Assembly: GCA_964434195.1 (NCBI GenBank)
Contig: CAYSUI010000004.1
Coordinates: forward strand, 4,245-68,244
Reading direction: 5' to 3'
Length of the DNA stretch: 64,000 nt
Source of the DNA: an uncultured Candidatus Saccharibacteria bacterium
GTDB taxonomy: Bacteria; Patescibacteriota; Doudnabacteria; UBA920
Below the pieces are notes generated by a model that worked only from the letters and a program-made list of their open reading frames with translations, had not been told where the DNA came from and did no database searches. Shown here one piece after another: positions 1 through 8,246 of this stretch (positions within the stretch are counted from its first letter, which is position 1; every line of letters starts with the position of its first letter). The translations under genes and the position numbers were made by a program.

Positions 1-68
1 TCTCACCCATAACCAATGCGCTCAAAAAAGCAGAGAGCGAATTAAAAAGAGACGCCTTAAACACCTAA
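1..68 (+). CDS. prfA: 3' end of upstream gene, probably peptide chain release factor 1 (partial)
   Basis: Open frame SPITNALKKAESELKRDALNT* ends 2 nt before prmC; prfA-prmC is the usual gene order. Only 21 codons are visible. Confidence 0.45.
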   Translation, partial: SPITNALKKAESELKRDALNT

Positions 69-70
69 AC

Positions 71-889
71 TTGACCATTCGGGAAGCTCAAATTAAATAT
101 AAGCAAATAGAAATAGATATCCTCCTTGAACATGTCCTAAAAAAACCCAAGGAGTTTATTTTTAGCAACCCAAACAAAAAGCTTTCCCCATCCCAAAAAT
201 TAAAGATCGATAAACTTGCAAAACAAAGAATCAAGGGAATACCTATTGCCTACATCGTAGGTTACAAATATTTCTATGGAAAAAAATTCCAAGTAACAAA
301 AGACACGCTTATCCCTAGACCCGAAACCGAACAACTCATAGATCTAAGCGTTGCTACAATACACACTTCAGATCATATAAAAAGTATTTTAGATTTAGGT
401 ACAGGCAGTGGATGTATCGCAATCACACTATCTAGTATTTTCGGAAACAGTCAAAAAAAGTTAAATTTCTCAGCCAGCGATGTTTCTTTAAAGGCGCTAA
501 ATATAGCAAAAAAGAATTCCAAATTACACAAACAAAAAATTAAGTTTTATAAATCTAATCTGCTCTCCAACATAGACAACAAATTCGATATAATCGTAGC
601 AAATCTACCTTACGTGCCACTTAAAAATTATAAAAAATTAATACAAAATTTGAAGTATGAACCAAAAATTGCCCTCACAGATAACACAAACAATGCCGGT
701 CTATATGAAAAACTGATTAAATCAGCAACAAAACATCTAAACGATAAAGCTGTAATATTATTAGAAATAGACCCATCTACTACGCAATATATTTCTAAAT
801 ACGTAAAAAAACACCTTCCCAATAGCCTTATTACCTTTTATCAAGATCTCTCCAAAAGAGCACGCTTCGCTGAAATTAAACTAATTTAA
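71..889 (+). CDS. prmC: Release factor glutamine N5-methyltransferase (HemK/PrmC)
   Basis: PIAYIVG, LIPRPETE, LDLGTGSGCIA (SAM motif I), ANLPYV (NPPY-like), YEPKIAL. Confidence 0.95.
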   Translation: MTIREAQIKYKQIEIDILLEHVLKKPKEFIFSNPNKKLSPSQKLKIDKLAKQRIKGIPIAYIVGYKYFYGKKFQVTKDTLIPRPETEQLIDLSVATIHTSDHIKSILDLGTGSGCIAITLSSIFGNSQKKLNFSASDVSLKALNIAKKNSKLHKQKIKFYKSNLLSNIDNKFDIIVANLPYVPLKNYKKLIQNLKYEPKIALTDNTNNAGLYEKLIKSATKHLNDKAVILLEIDPSTTQYISKYVKKHLPNSLITFYQDLSKRARFAEIKLI

Positions 890-950
890 GATACTTGTTA
901 AATCTTAAATAAAATATTATATTAGGATTTCTATTTTTGAAGGAGAAAAA

Positions 951-1445
951 ATGATTACAATAGAAGCCCCTAACCTCAAGACATTGTTTCGCATCGGTAT
1001 CTTATACCTATTCACAAGTCTATCTATTTGGTATATATGCCACTGGTATATAAGCTTAAATAACGAAATAAATGACCATTTAGGCTTTCTAAAACTACAA
1101 CCGGACCAACGGGCCTGGTTAATGGGTTTTACAACTATTTATTACATTACCTGCGCATATACCTTTATACTTCAAAAAGGAATGTTCTTCACCTGGATAG
1201 GCCTAATTTTTAGCAACATCTATACCGCTAAATTCATAGACGCTTATTTCTACTATGCAAAACCCCCAATGGTAGACACCCCCACCGAATTCATAACAAC
1301 CGGGATGGTAATTAGTGTGGTTTCAGGGTTAATAGTATTTAGCTCAATGCTTCTTTGCGACAACCTGGCTAATTATATTCTCGATCGAACCTACCTAAGA
1401 AACAAAGCAGATAAAATCTGCTTTTTTATTCTAGGTTTCTTTTAA
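951..1445 (+). CDS. Hypothetical membrane protein (~4 TM)
   Basis: 164-aa ORF with hydrophobic segments and an AAGGAG RBS 5 nt upstream; its 3' end overlaps the convergent gene. Confidence 0.7.
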   Translation: MITIEAPNLKTLFRIGILYLFTSLSIWYICHWYISLNNEINDHLGFLKLQPDQRAWLMGFTTIYYITCAYTFILQKGMFFTWIGLIFSNIYTAKFIDAYFYYAKPPMVDTPTEFITTGMVISVVSGLIVFSSMLLCDNLANYILDRTYLRNKADKICFFILGFF

Positions 1446-2334
1446 ATCTTTCAAAATCTTGAACCCCATGAACTCTTACCCTGGGAACTTTAAATAAATT
1501 TTCAGGATCAACATACACACCAAAACTCACAGTTAAAGCCATTACAAAACCAGCTTTTTTAGCCTCCTCAATATATAAACCTGTAAAGTGACCGTAAGGA
1601 TAAATAAGTATGCGGGATGTAATCCCTAAATTATCATATAAATCTTTACGGGATTGGGTTAAATTTTTATATATATAATCAGTTGAATACTTAGAACTTG
1701 CACCATCAAAATGACTCTCCGTATGAGATACAATTTCCATTCCCAAATTTTGCGCCTGTTTAATCTCTGCCCATGTCGCATACTCAGAAGTCCCAACAAA
1801 CCCAGTTATAATCCCAAACGATCCGGTATATTCATATTTTTTTAATATTGGAACCGCATAACTAAAAACATCTGCATAACCATCGTCAAAAGTAAATACA
1901 ATCGGCTTCTTTGGTAGATTTATTTTCTTCTGAGACGCCTGGTAAACTTCAAGTAAACTTAACGATACATACCCATTGTCTTTTAACCATTTCACCTGTT
2001 TTTCAAAATCCTCAGGACTAACAGTTAAATCCCGTCTCAATGCATCAGCATTCTCTGGCAACGGCCCAACATGATGATACATAAGAATAGGCACCTTAAT
2101 TGAATTAACCGATAGTCTAGGAGGTAAAGACTTTCTCTCACTTGGTCTGTATTCTGGACTCAGAGGATCCCCTATATTATTTTTACTTTCCACAACATTA
2201 GATACTACCTTTGTTCTTTTATCTTCCAGGTACTCTTTTACAAAATAAATATCTAAAACAGTAAAAATTATCAAAATTAAAAAAAGCACTCCCACTATTC
2301 CCCGAAAATTTTTTAACTTATGCTTTTTCATCAC
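1426..2334 (-). CDS. Polysaccharide deacetylase (CE4/NodB, PgaB/IcaB-like) with N-terminal membrane anchor
   Basis: PILMYHHV, TFDDGY, SHTESH, YPYG motifs. Confidence 0.92.
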   Translation of the reverse strand: MMKKHKLKNFRGIVGVLFLILIIFTVLDIYFVKEYLEDKRTKVVSNVVESKNNIGDPLSPEYRPSERKSLPPRLSVNSIKVPILMYHHVGPLPENADALRRDLTVSPEDFEKQVKWLKDNGYVSLSLLEVYQASQKKINLPKKPIVFTFDDGYADVFSYAVPILKKYEYTGSFGIITGFVGTSEYATWAEIKQAQNLGMEIVSHTESHFDGASSKYSTDYIYKNLTQSRKDLYDNLGITSRILIYPYGHFTGLYIEEAKKAGFVMALTVSFGVYVDPENLFKVPRVRVHGVQDFERFKRNLE

Positions 2335-2352
2335 GTTTAAACCATTATAACT

Positions 2353-2404
2353 AAAAAACTCCCACGGTATCTAGTACTTAACCAGAAATTCCGAGGGAGT
2401 TTTA
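2353..2404 (-). terminator. Intrinsic terminator after rplY
   Basis: AAAAACTCCC...GGGAGTTTT inverted repeat, giving a U-run on the minus strand. Confidence 0.6.
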
Positions 2405-2411
2405 TTTTATC

Positions 2412-3068
2412 CTATTGTTCTGAAGGCGCAGAACCAGCTTCTTCTTTCGGTTCTTCCTTTATTCCTTCAACCTGACTTACATCACCCACTTCTTTAGATA
2501 ACTCTGCTTCTACATCTCTAGGAGGTGAAACTTTTACTACCAGCTCTTCCGCATCCCCTAAAATTTTTACTCCAGCAGGAGCCTTTATATTAGAAACAAG
2601 AATCGAATCCTCAAAAGTTTTCAAAGCGCTAATATCGACTTCGATACTATGTGGTAAATCTTTAGGTAAACATTCAACTTCTACAGCATCTAACTGCTTC
2701 ATTAATGTTCCACCCAATGCCTTAATTGCCAAAGACTCACCAACGAAATCCAAAATAACATTCGCAGTTAAAGTCTGGTTCATGTCGACTTCCAAGAAAT
2801 CAGCATGAATCGGCATATGAGTTACTGGATCTCTTTGCAAGTCGTGAATAAGTACATTTTTTGCACTACCATCAGCAAATTGTAGTTCTACAATAGTACT
2901 TTCACCAGCTTTTCTGAGTACTTTTTCAAACTCATTCTGAGCAGCCGAAATACTTACTCCTTGCTTCTTGTTACCGTAAACAATGCCCAAAATATGGCCA
3001 TTTTTACGAATATTCTTCGGGGATGTCTTTTCATCCCTAGTTTCTACTTTTAGCAGTAATTTTTCCAT
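2412..3068 (-). CDS. rplY: 50S ribosomal protein L25 / general stress protein Ctc
   Basis: GIVYG, LQRDPV...HADF and VECLPKDLP (TL5-type two-domain L25). Confidence 0.95.
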   Translation of the reverse strand: MEKLLLKVETRDEKTSPKNIRKNGHILGIVYGNKKQGVSISAAQNEFEKVLRKAGESTIVELQFADGSAKNVLIHDLQRDPVTHMPIHADFLEVDMNQTLTANVILDFVGESLAIKALGGTLMKQLDAVEVECLPKDLPHSIEVDISALKTFEDSILVSNIKAPAGVKILGDAEELVVKVSPPRDVEAELSKEVGDVSQVEGIKEEPKEEAGSAPSEQ

Positions 3069-3127
3069 ATATCACTAAATAATATAAATACCGATAAATT
3101 CTAACAAAAACCCCAAAAAAAAGCAAG

Positions 3128-3155
3128 AAAAAAAAACGGTGCCAGTGACACCGTG
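3128..3155 (-). terminator. Intrinsic terminator after the nucleoside hydrolase-like gene
   Basis: ACGGTG-CCAGTGA-CACCGT stem followed by a U9 run on the minus strand, right after the stop codon. Confidence 0.65.
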
Positions 3156-3158
3156 TAC

Positions 3159-4223
3159 TTATACGAAAGCTTGATGCAGCAACCCTAAATACTGCTCTAC
3201 CCCACCAGGTGCATAACCTACGGCTACTTTATGTTCGCTTAACGAATCGAATTCAATGTCCATTTCACCAAATCGAGCCTCTTCACCAGGACGATGCGGT
3301 ACATCTACTATCCTGATAGGTGTAGGCGTGTAGATAAGATCCGGCTCTCCAATCGAGTCGCAGTAGAGTTTTGCGGTGAGCGCGAAATCATGTACCCAAA
3401 GCATTTCCGGAGAACCGCCTGGCTTAATGCGCGGGAGCACCGCGTTGTCATACCAAACCTGACTAAGTTCAGTAATAATATTGGCGCGTTCTGATCTGGG
3501 CAAAAATTCACGAAAATCATCGTTCGTATTGAATCCTACCGCAGGATTCCGAGTGGAATCGGACGTAATCAAGTATTTAGGAAAGCCTGATCCAACCGCG
3601 AACTGATACGTTGCTTCAGTATCACCATGAGCGTTAAATTGCTGCTTTTGGTTTCTGATACCACCGAAATCCATAAGCTTGACCGTGCCCAACGATCCTA
3701 GCATTGCGTAAGCTTTGATTATCTTAGCTTGGAGTGCCCGGTTAGCGCCGAACAGTTCCTTATAACCTGTTAACGGCCCTCCAGCAAGAAGCGGAAAGTC
3801 AGGACCGGATATCAGCATATCAGCAAGATCTGAGAGCGGAAGGAGCACTTTCTTACCCAATGCAACTTTATCATCAAATTTATACACACCCGGAATATCA
3901 TCAAATTTTTCCCATTCCTTGAGATGTACATGTTCTGGGACTAAGCTTGCTCGGGCTATACCCCCGTTATAAATTCTGACGTTTCCAAAACCCATACGGC
4001 TCACAAACGCATGCATACGGGCAGCATTTATAAACTGAACTTGTTCGGAAAACTCCAAATCAAACCTACTTTCTCCCTTCACCGGATTTGGATAGGTGGG
4101 CCTGCCCGTAAGTACGAAAAATATTTCAGTCTTCGGAAACAGCGCCGCAACCCCAGCGAGCTGAGCTGGATTGTCAAAATCCGTATTATCATTCAAAACA
4201 ACAATTCTGGGTATGTACCCCAT
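3159..4223 (-). CDS. Divergent inosine/uridine-preferring nucleoside hydrolase family protein
   Basis: LLAGGPLT, QFNAHGD (EFNxxxD-like), WVHD and an N-terminal Asp/Asn cluster; AGGAGG RBS. Confidence 0.7.
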   Translation of the reverse strand: MGYIPRIVVLNDNTDFDNPAQLAGVAALFPKTEIFFVLTGRPTYPNPVKGESRFDLEFSEQVQFINAARMHAFVSRMGFGNVRIYNGGIARASLVPEHVHLKEWEKFDDIPGVYKFDDKVALGKKVLLPLSDLADMLISGPDFPLLAGGPLTGYKELFGANRALQAKIIKAYAMLGSLGTVKLMDFGGIRNQKQQFNAHGDTEATYQFAVGSGFPKYLITSDSTRNPAVGFNTNDDFREFLPRSERANIITELSQVWYDNAVLPRIKPGGSPEMLWVHDFALTAKLYCDSIGEPDLIYTPTPIRIVDVPHRPGEEARFGEMDIEFDSLSEHKVAVGYAPGGVEQYLGLLHQAFV

Positions 4224-4239
4224 ATCATATCCTCCTAAA

Positions 4240-4390
4240 TGGAAAAATCTCGTTCTAGCCTAATATGAACTAGACAAGAAAATACTGGCTATGTTGATAC
4301 AAAATTATGAAATCGGTTTCCCGTTGACCATAACCCCCCATCAACACCTACTGCGAAAGTACCCACAGCAGATTGCCCAAAAAGCAACTT
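4240..4390 (-). promoter_or_regulatory. Structured 5' leader (candidate riboswitch/attenuator)
   Basis: Several hairpins whose G-U pairs favour the minus strand, a GAAA tetraloop, and a terminator-like stem plus U5 just before the RBS. Confidence 0.5.
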
Positions 4391-4393
4391 CTG

Positions 4394-4422
4394 TTTATAG
4401 CATATTTATTAATTGTTGTCAA
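4394..4422 (-). promoter_or_regulatory. Sigma70-type promoter
   Basis: TTGACA-17 nt-TATAAA with an extended -10 TG on the minus strand. Confidence 0.7.
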
Positions 4423-4463
4423 CCAAAAACTGAATAAAAAACTATTTCTTAAGTGAGTTGTTT

Positions 4464-5393
4464 TTAATAACTAATTTGTGGTAATTTCGGAAGCAACCTC
4501 TTCGATTTAAAGAAAAACCACCCTATTACAACAAAAGTTGCCATCGGCGAAATCCATGCGGGTACGTGGAGCCCAAAAGCGTCACATAACATAACTGTAC
4601 CCAAAACAAGAATTGAATACATTGCGCCATTTTTCAAAAAAACATATTTTTTTACACGCTCAATATTTCCAATAGTAAGTTGTCTAACAACTACTGCACC
4701 CAAGCCATTTCCTAAGACAATTAAAGGTACAGAAAGCGTAAAAGCAAAAGCACCCAAAACACCGTCTATAGAAAAAGTAGAATCTATAACTTCTAAATAT
4801 AATATTTTACTGAGATCGGACATTCCCGAACCCTTCAATTGCGCTTCTTGTTTTTCCGCATTCTCTTTAAAGCCATGAGTAATAAAAAACGCGGTCGAAC
4901 CAACAACAGCTCCAAATGCCATAACCGGATTTATTTTTATGGCCGCCCAAACAAGCACGGAAAGAAAAACAGAGACCACAGCATAGAACCAAACACCTTG
5001 CGAGTGTATAAATTTTTCACCCGGTAACCCAAAGTTTTTGGGTTCTAAAAACAACCAATGAAAAAATAAAAAAACTAGAAAAGTACCACCACCTGCTAAA
5101 AGTATCGGCGCAGATTTCTCTATTGCTTCAAGAACATGCCTGTCTCCACTAAATGTTGCAGTAATTGCCTCAACAGGCCCCAACCCCGGAATAGATAACC
5201 AAACTATTAACCATGGCAAAATTCCTCTAATAACGAATACTGCGAAAAAAATTCCCCAAACCAAAAACCATTTTCGTGCCTTAGCCCCCATTCCACTCAG
5301 CACCTCTGCGTTTATAACGGCATTGTCGACACTGCTCACAGTCTCAAACAATGCTAAACCTAACACAGTTAAAGCACCAGATAAAAACCCCAT
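4464..5393 (-). CDS. DUF475 / TerC-superfamily integral membrane protein
   Basis: ETVSSVDNAVINA and LYLEVIDSTFSIDGVLGAFA signatures. Confidence 0.88.
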   Translation of the reverse strand: MGFLSGALTVLGLALFETVSSVDNAVINAEVLSGMGAKARKWFLVWGIFFAVFVIRGILPWLIVWLSIPGLGPVEAITATFSGDRHVLEAIEKSAPILLAGGGTFLVFLFFHWLFLEPKNFGLPGEKFIHSQGVWFYAVVSVFLSVLVWAAIKINPVMAFGAVVGSTAFFITHGFKENAEKQEAQLKGSGMSDLSKILYLEVIDSTFSIDGVLGAFAFTLSVPLIVLGNGLGAVVVRQLTIGNIERVKKYVFLKNGAMYSILVLGTVMLCDAFGLHVPAWISPMATFVVIGWFFFKSKRLLPKLPQISY

Positions 5394-5402
5394 AAATTTT
5401 TA

Positions 5403-5774
5403 TTAAGCAGTTTTCTTTACAGAAAGTAGTTTAACGAAGTCACCTTTAAATTCACTCAAATTTTTATGAACTTGAATACAATCGTTTAAGCTCAAAGGTT
5501 CTAGCTTGCTAAATTTTGCCGAATCTTGAGAAGTTAAATCTGTAATCATTCCAACACTAAAGACTTCAGGTCCATTTATATCTATGTTAAACATAACCGA
5601 ACTAGTACATTTCTGACAGTCTGAATGAATTAGAATTTGAGCACTGTTCTCTGATTCTGTTTGCTTAGATTCAATAATCTTAGTGTTATCCAAGTTATAT
5701 TTAAATCCACAAACCGGGCACCTGAGTACCCCACCCAACCAGACCAGTACCTTCTTAAAATTCATAGGTTTCAT
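5403..5774 (-). CDS. CPR-type hypothetical protein with zinc-ribbon (CxxC...CxxC)
   Basis: RCPVCG...HSDCQKC...TDLT; start moved to MKPMNF because the longer ORF runs into the upstream inverted repeat. Confidence 0.75.
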   Translation of the reverse strand: MKPMNFKKVLVWLGGVLRCPVCGFKYNLDNTKIIESKQTESENSAQILIHSDCQKCTSSVMFNIDINGPEVFSVGMITDLTSQDSAKFSKLEPLSLNDCIQVHKNLSEFKGDFVKLLSVKKTA

Positions 5775-5871
5775 ATTCTTCACAATAAATAAATTTAAAA
5801 AGTAATTTCCTAAACTATACCACTTAAACCCCCACAACACAAACACGAACTTGTACCCAAAATCAATCGAA

Positions 5872-6038
5872 GGATGGGGGAAAAGGGGTGAATTTTCATT
5901 AGGTCCTCCTACGCACCCGGATGCACGGGTGCTGGGTCGAGGGAGCATCCCTTTCTCTCTGGACGGGCTCAGCCCGATCCTGAGAGAAAGGGATTCGCTT
6001 CTCGGATTTCATTCAAACTCACCCCTTTTCCCCCGTCC
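5872..6038. repeat. Nested inverted-repeat element (MITE-like or structured RNA)
   Basis: GGATGGGGGAAAAGGGGTGA / TCACCCCTTTTCCCCCGTCC 20-bp terminal IR enclosing two internal hairpins. Confidence 0.75.
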
Positions 6039-6088
6039 CAAAGTTCTGTTTAAAAATAATTAAAATGATTTTCAAAAGACATCGGAAC

Positions 6089-6263
6089 AGCTCGATTTCA
6101 GATTTTGAGATGAGATTTTAAGAAACGTTCAGTCAGAGTTCGATTTCAGATTTTGAGTGGATTTTTTTCGATTTTCGAGAAGTGAGCGGAGGCGTCCGCG
6201 GGGGGACGGTGTAGCGAGCCTCGGAGAAAATCGGAAAAAAACCGCCAAAATATGGAATCCCGT
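6089..6263 (+). repeat. Dispersed rod-hairpin family, copy A (full copy 6138-6263 plus duplicated 5' arm 6089-6119)
   Basis: CGATTTCAGATTTTGAG occurs twice; the 3' arm GAAAATCGGAAAAAAACCGCCAAAATATGGAATCCC pairs with the second. Confidence 0.75.
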
Positions 6264-6281
6264 CAAAACAAGTATACCAAT

Positions 6282-7382
6282 CTAGAAGCGAAGCGACCTA
6301 GACTGCATGACAACATTCTGTACAATGCCGAGGCAAATATACGAAACCAATAAGGCACTCCCACCATAACTCATAAAAGGGAGAGGGATTCCTGTAACTG
6401 GCATGATCCCCATGTTCATCCCTATATTTATTATTATCTGCACAAAAAATACACACAGTACTCCCATTGTTAAATATCTGCCCAAATAATCTTTAGATTT
6501 CTGCATAATAGTATAGAGCCTATATATCATAAATATATAAAACCCTAAGAGCACACTTGAGCCAAAATATCCTATTTCTTCCGCAGCTGATGCAAAAACA
6601 AAATCCGTTTGTCTTTCCGGTAAAAATTTCAACTGACTCTGAAGACCCTTACCTAACCCCCTCCCAAATAGCTGACCACTACCCACAGCAATTGTCGCTT
6701 GCTTAACATTGTAACCTTTACCTTTGGGGTCTAAATCTGGATTTAGAAAAACCTCAACTCGCAGTCTTTGGTAATCATGCAATAAAAACTCCCACGAAAA
6801 TCCAGATATAATCAAAAACGAAACTAACAAAGCGATAATATATTTTTTACTTATAGGTGATAATAAAATCATCCCTCCCCACACACTAGCTAATACCAAA
6901 GAAGATCCCAAATCAGGCTCCAATAGTACCAACACAAAAGGTATTGCCGTCATGACAAGTGTCATTAGCATATGCTTCCAAGAATTCACCAAAGCCTGTC
7001 TTAGACCAAACCATCTTGCCAAAACAATAACTAAGATTACTTTGGCAAATTCTGCCGGTTGCAATTGGAAAAATCCGAAATCTATCCACCTAGAACTCCC
7101 TCTAATATCCCTAGCAAAAAACAAGACATAAATTAAGACAATAATAATTACCGGATACGCTATTCGGTTCATTTTGGAAAGACTATGGTAGTTATAAAAT
7201 GCGAACACAAAAAACAAAATTAACCCTACCGATGCAAATAATAACTGTTTCCAAAAAATCGTCATTGACGGATTAGACAACGAAGTCGCATACAAAACTG
7301 CTAGCCCCAATGCTTGGACAAGCAACATCACCACAAACAGTGGCACGTCAAAATAAGTTAAATTACGAAAAAAGCTAAGCAT
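6282..7382 (-). CDS. rodA: Rod shape-determining protein RodA (SEDS family)
   Basis: GSSRWI...QPAEFAK, EPDLGS, FLPERQTDFVF, GIPLPFMSYGGS. Confidence 0.92.
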   Translation of the reverse strand: MLSFFRNLTYFDVPLFVVMLLVQALGLAVLYATSLSNPSMTIFWKQLLFASVGLILFFVFAFYNYHSLSKMNRIAYPVIIIVLIYVLFFARDIRGSSRWIDFGFFQLQPAEFAKVILVIVLARWFGLRQALVNSWKHMLMTLVMTAIPFVLVLLEPDLGSSLVLASVWGGMILLSPISKKYIIALLVSFLIISGFSWEFLLHDYQRLRVEVFLNPDLDPKGKGYNVKQATIAVGSGQLFGRGLGKGLQSQLKFLPERQTDFVFASAAEEIGYFGSSVLLGFYIFMIYRLYTIMQKSKDYLGRYLTMGVLCVFFVQIIINIGMNMGIMPVTGIPLPFMSYGGSALLVSYICLGIVQNVVMQSRSLRF

Positions 7383-7384
7383 GA

Positions 7385-8221
7385 TTATTTGTTCCGATAA
7401 ACAGTAGACAATCGAAGATTTTCTGGATCTAACACATTTGTATCAGCCTTTGTTTCCACGCGGTAAAGCCCAGCTGTACTACCAGCAGGCCAAACGATAT
7501 GATATGCCCTTCTCTCAAATGGCTTCATGCTATTTTCTGTACGACTACTAACTGCAATCAATTTATTAGAAGCGTCAAACAGATATACTTTTAACAAAAC
7601 TTTTTTCAAAGCAAAAGGACTCCCATTATATACGGTCCCCTCTATCCCCACTCCCCCACTTCCGTTATTTACGATCTCTGGTGTGGGTGTTTGGAAATCT
7701 ACTTTTGGTATATTCAAACGTTTTTGAAAATGAGGGTTATCTGCATTAATTTTTGCATCTACTATTGCACTAGTGGTTTCGATCCTTGGTACAACAACAT
7801 CATATTCTCCATTAGGTAAAATATGATAGGTATCTGTAGCTGTATAAATGAGAGAACCTGCGCTATCATAAAAGTCCACCCTTACCGGACTACTCCCTAC
7901 AGCAATGTCTAAATTAGGATTTTTAATTACCGCTCTAGCAGAATAAATGCTATTCGTTACCCTAAACACTTCGACTGGCGATATTGTTAATGGTGATGCC
8001 AACACAGTACTAGGTTTTGAGCTTAATCTCAATGACTTATATACAGTGTCAAAATACGCAATTGATATATACTTAGATAATGCGTATACGGGTACTATGC
8101 CTATTAAAAACACTAAAAAAAGAATTCTGCCCCACTTAGTAAACTGCATAAAAGCATACCCAGTCTCATATACCGATTTCTCTACCTGATATTTCGCTTT
8201 TTCTTTTATCAAAGATTCCAT
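7385..8221 (-). CDS. Membrane-anchored protein with FxLYD-like Ig-type domains
   Basis: One TM helix, then two repeats resembling FxLYD (VDFYDSAG; VYLFDASN); start trimmed to MESLIK to avoid overlap with dnaE. Confidence 0.65.
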   Translation of the reverse strand: MESLIKEKAKYQVEKSVYETGYAFMQFTKWGRILFLVFLIGIVPVYALSKYISIAYFDTVYKSLRLSSKPSTVLASPLTISPVEVFRVTNSIYSARAVIKNPNLDIAVGSSPVRVDFYDSAGSLIYTATDTYHILPNGEYDVVVPRIETTSAIVDAKINADNPHFQKRLNIPKVDFQTPTPEIVNNGSGGVGIEGTVYNGSPFALKKVLLKVYLFDASNKLIAVSSRTENSMKPFERRAYHIVWPAGSTAGLYRVETKADTNVLDPENLRLSTVYRNK

Positions 8222-8246
8222 ATATCCAAAGTATATCAAACTTCTC

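Noticed and set aside
5775-6063. ORF extension 5775-5948 (-) and ORF 5851-6063 (+)
   Set aside because: They read through the GC-rich inverted repeat and have no protein-like features.
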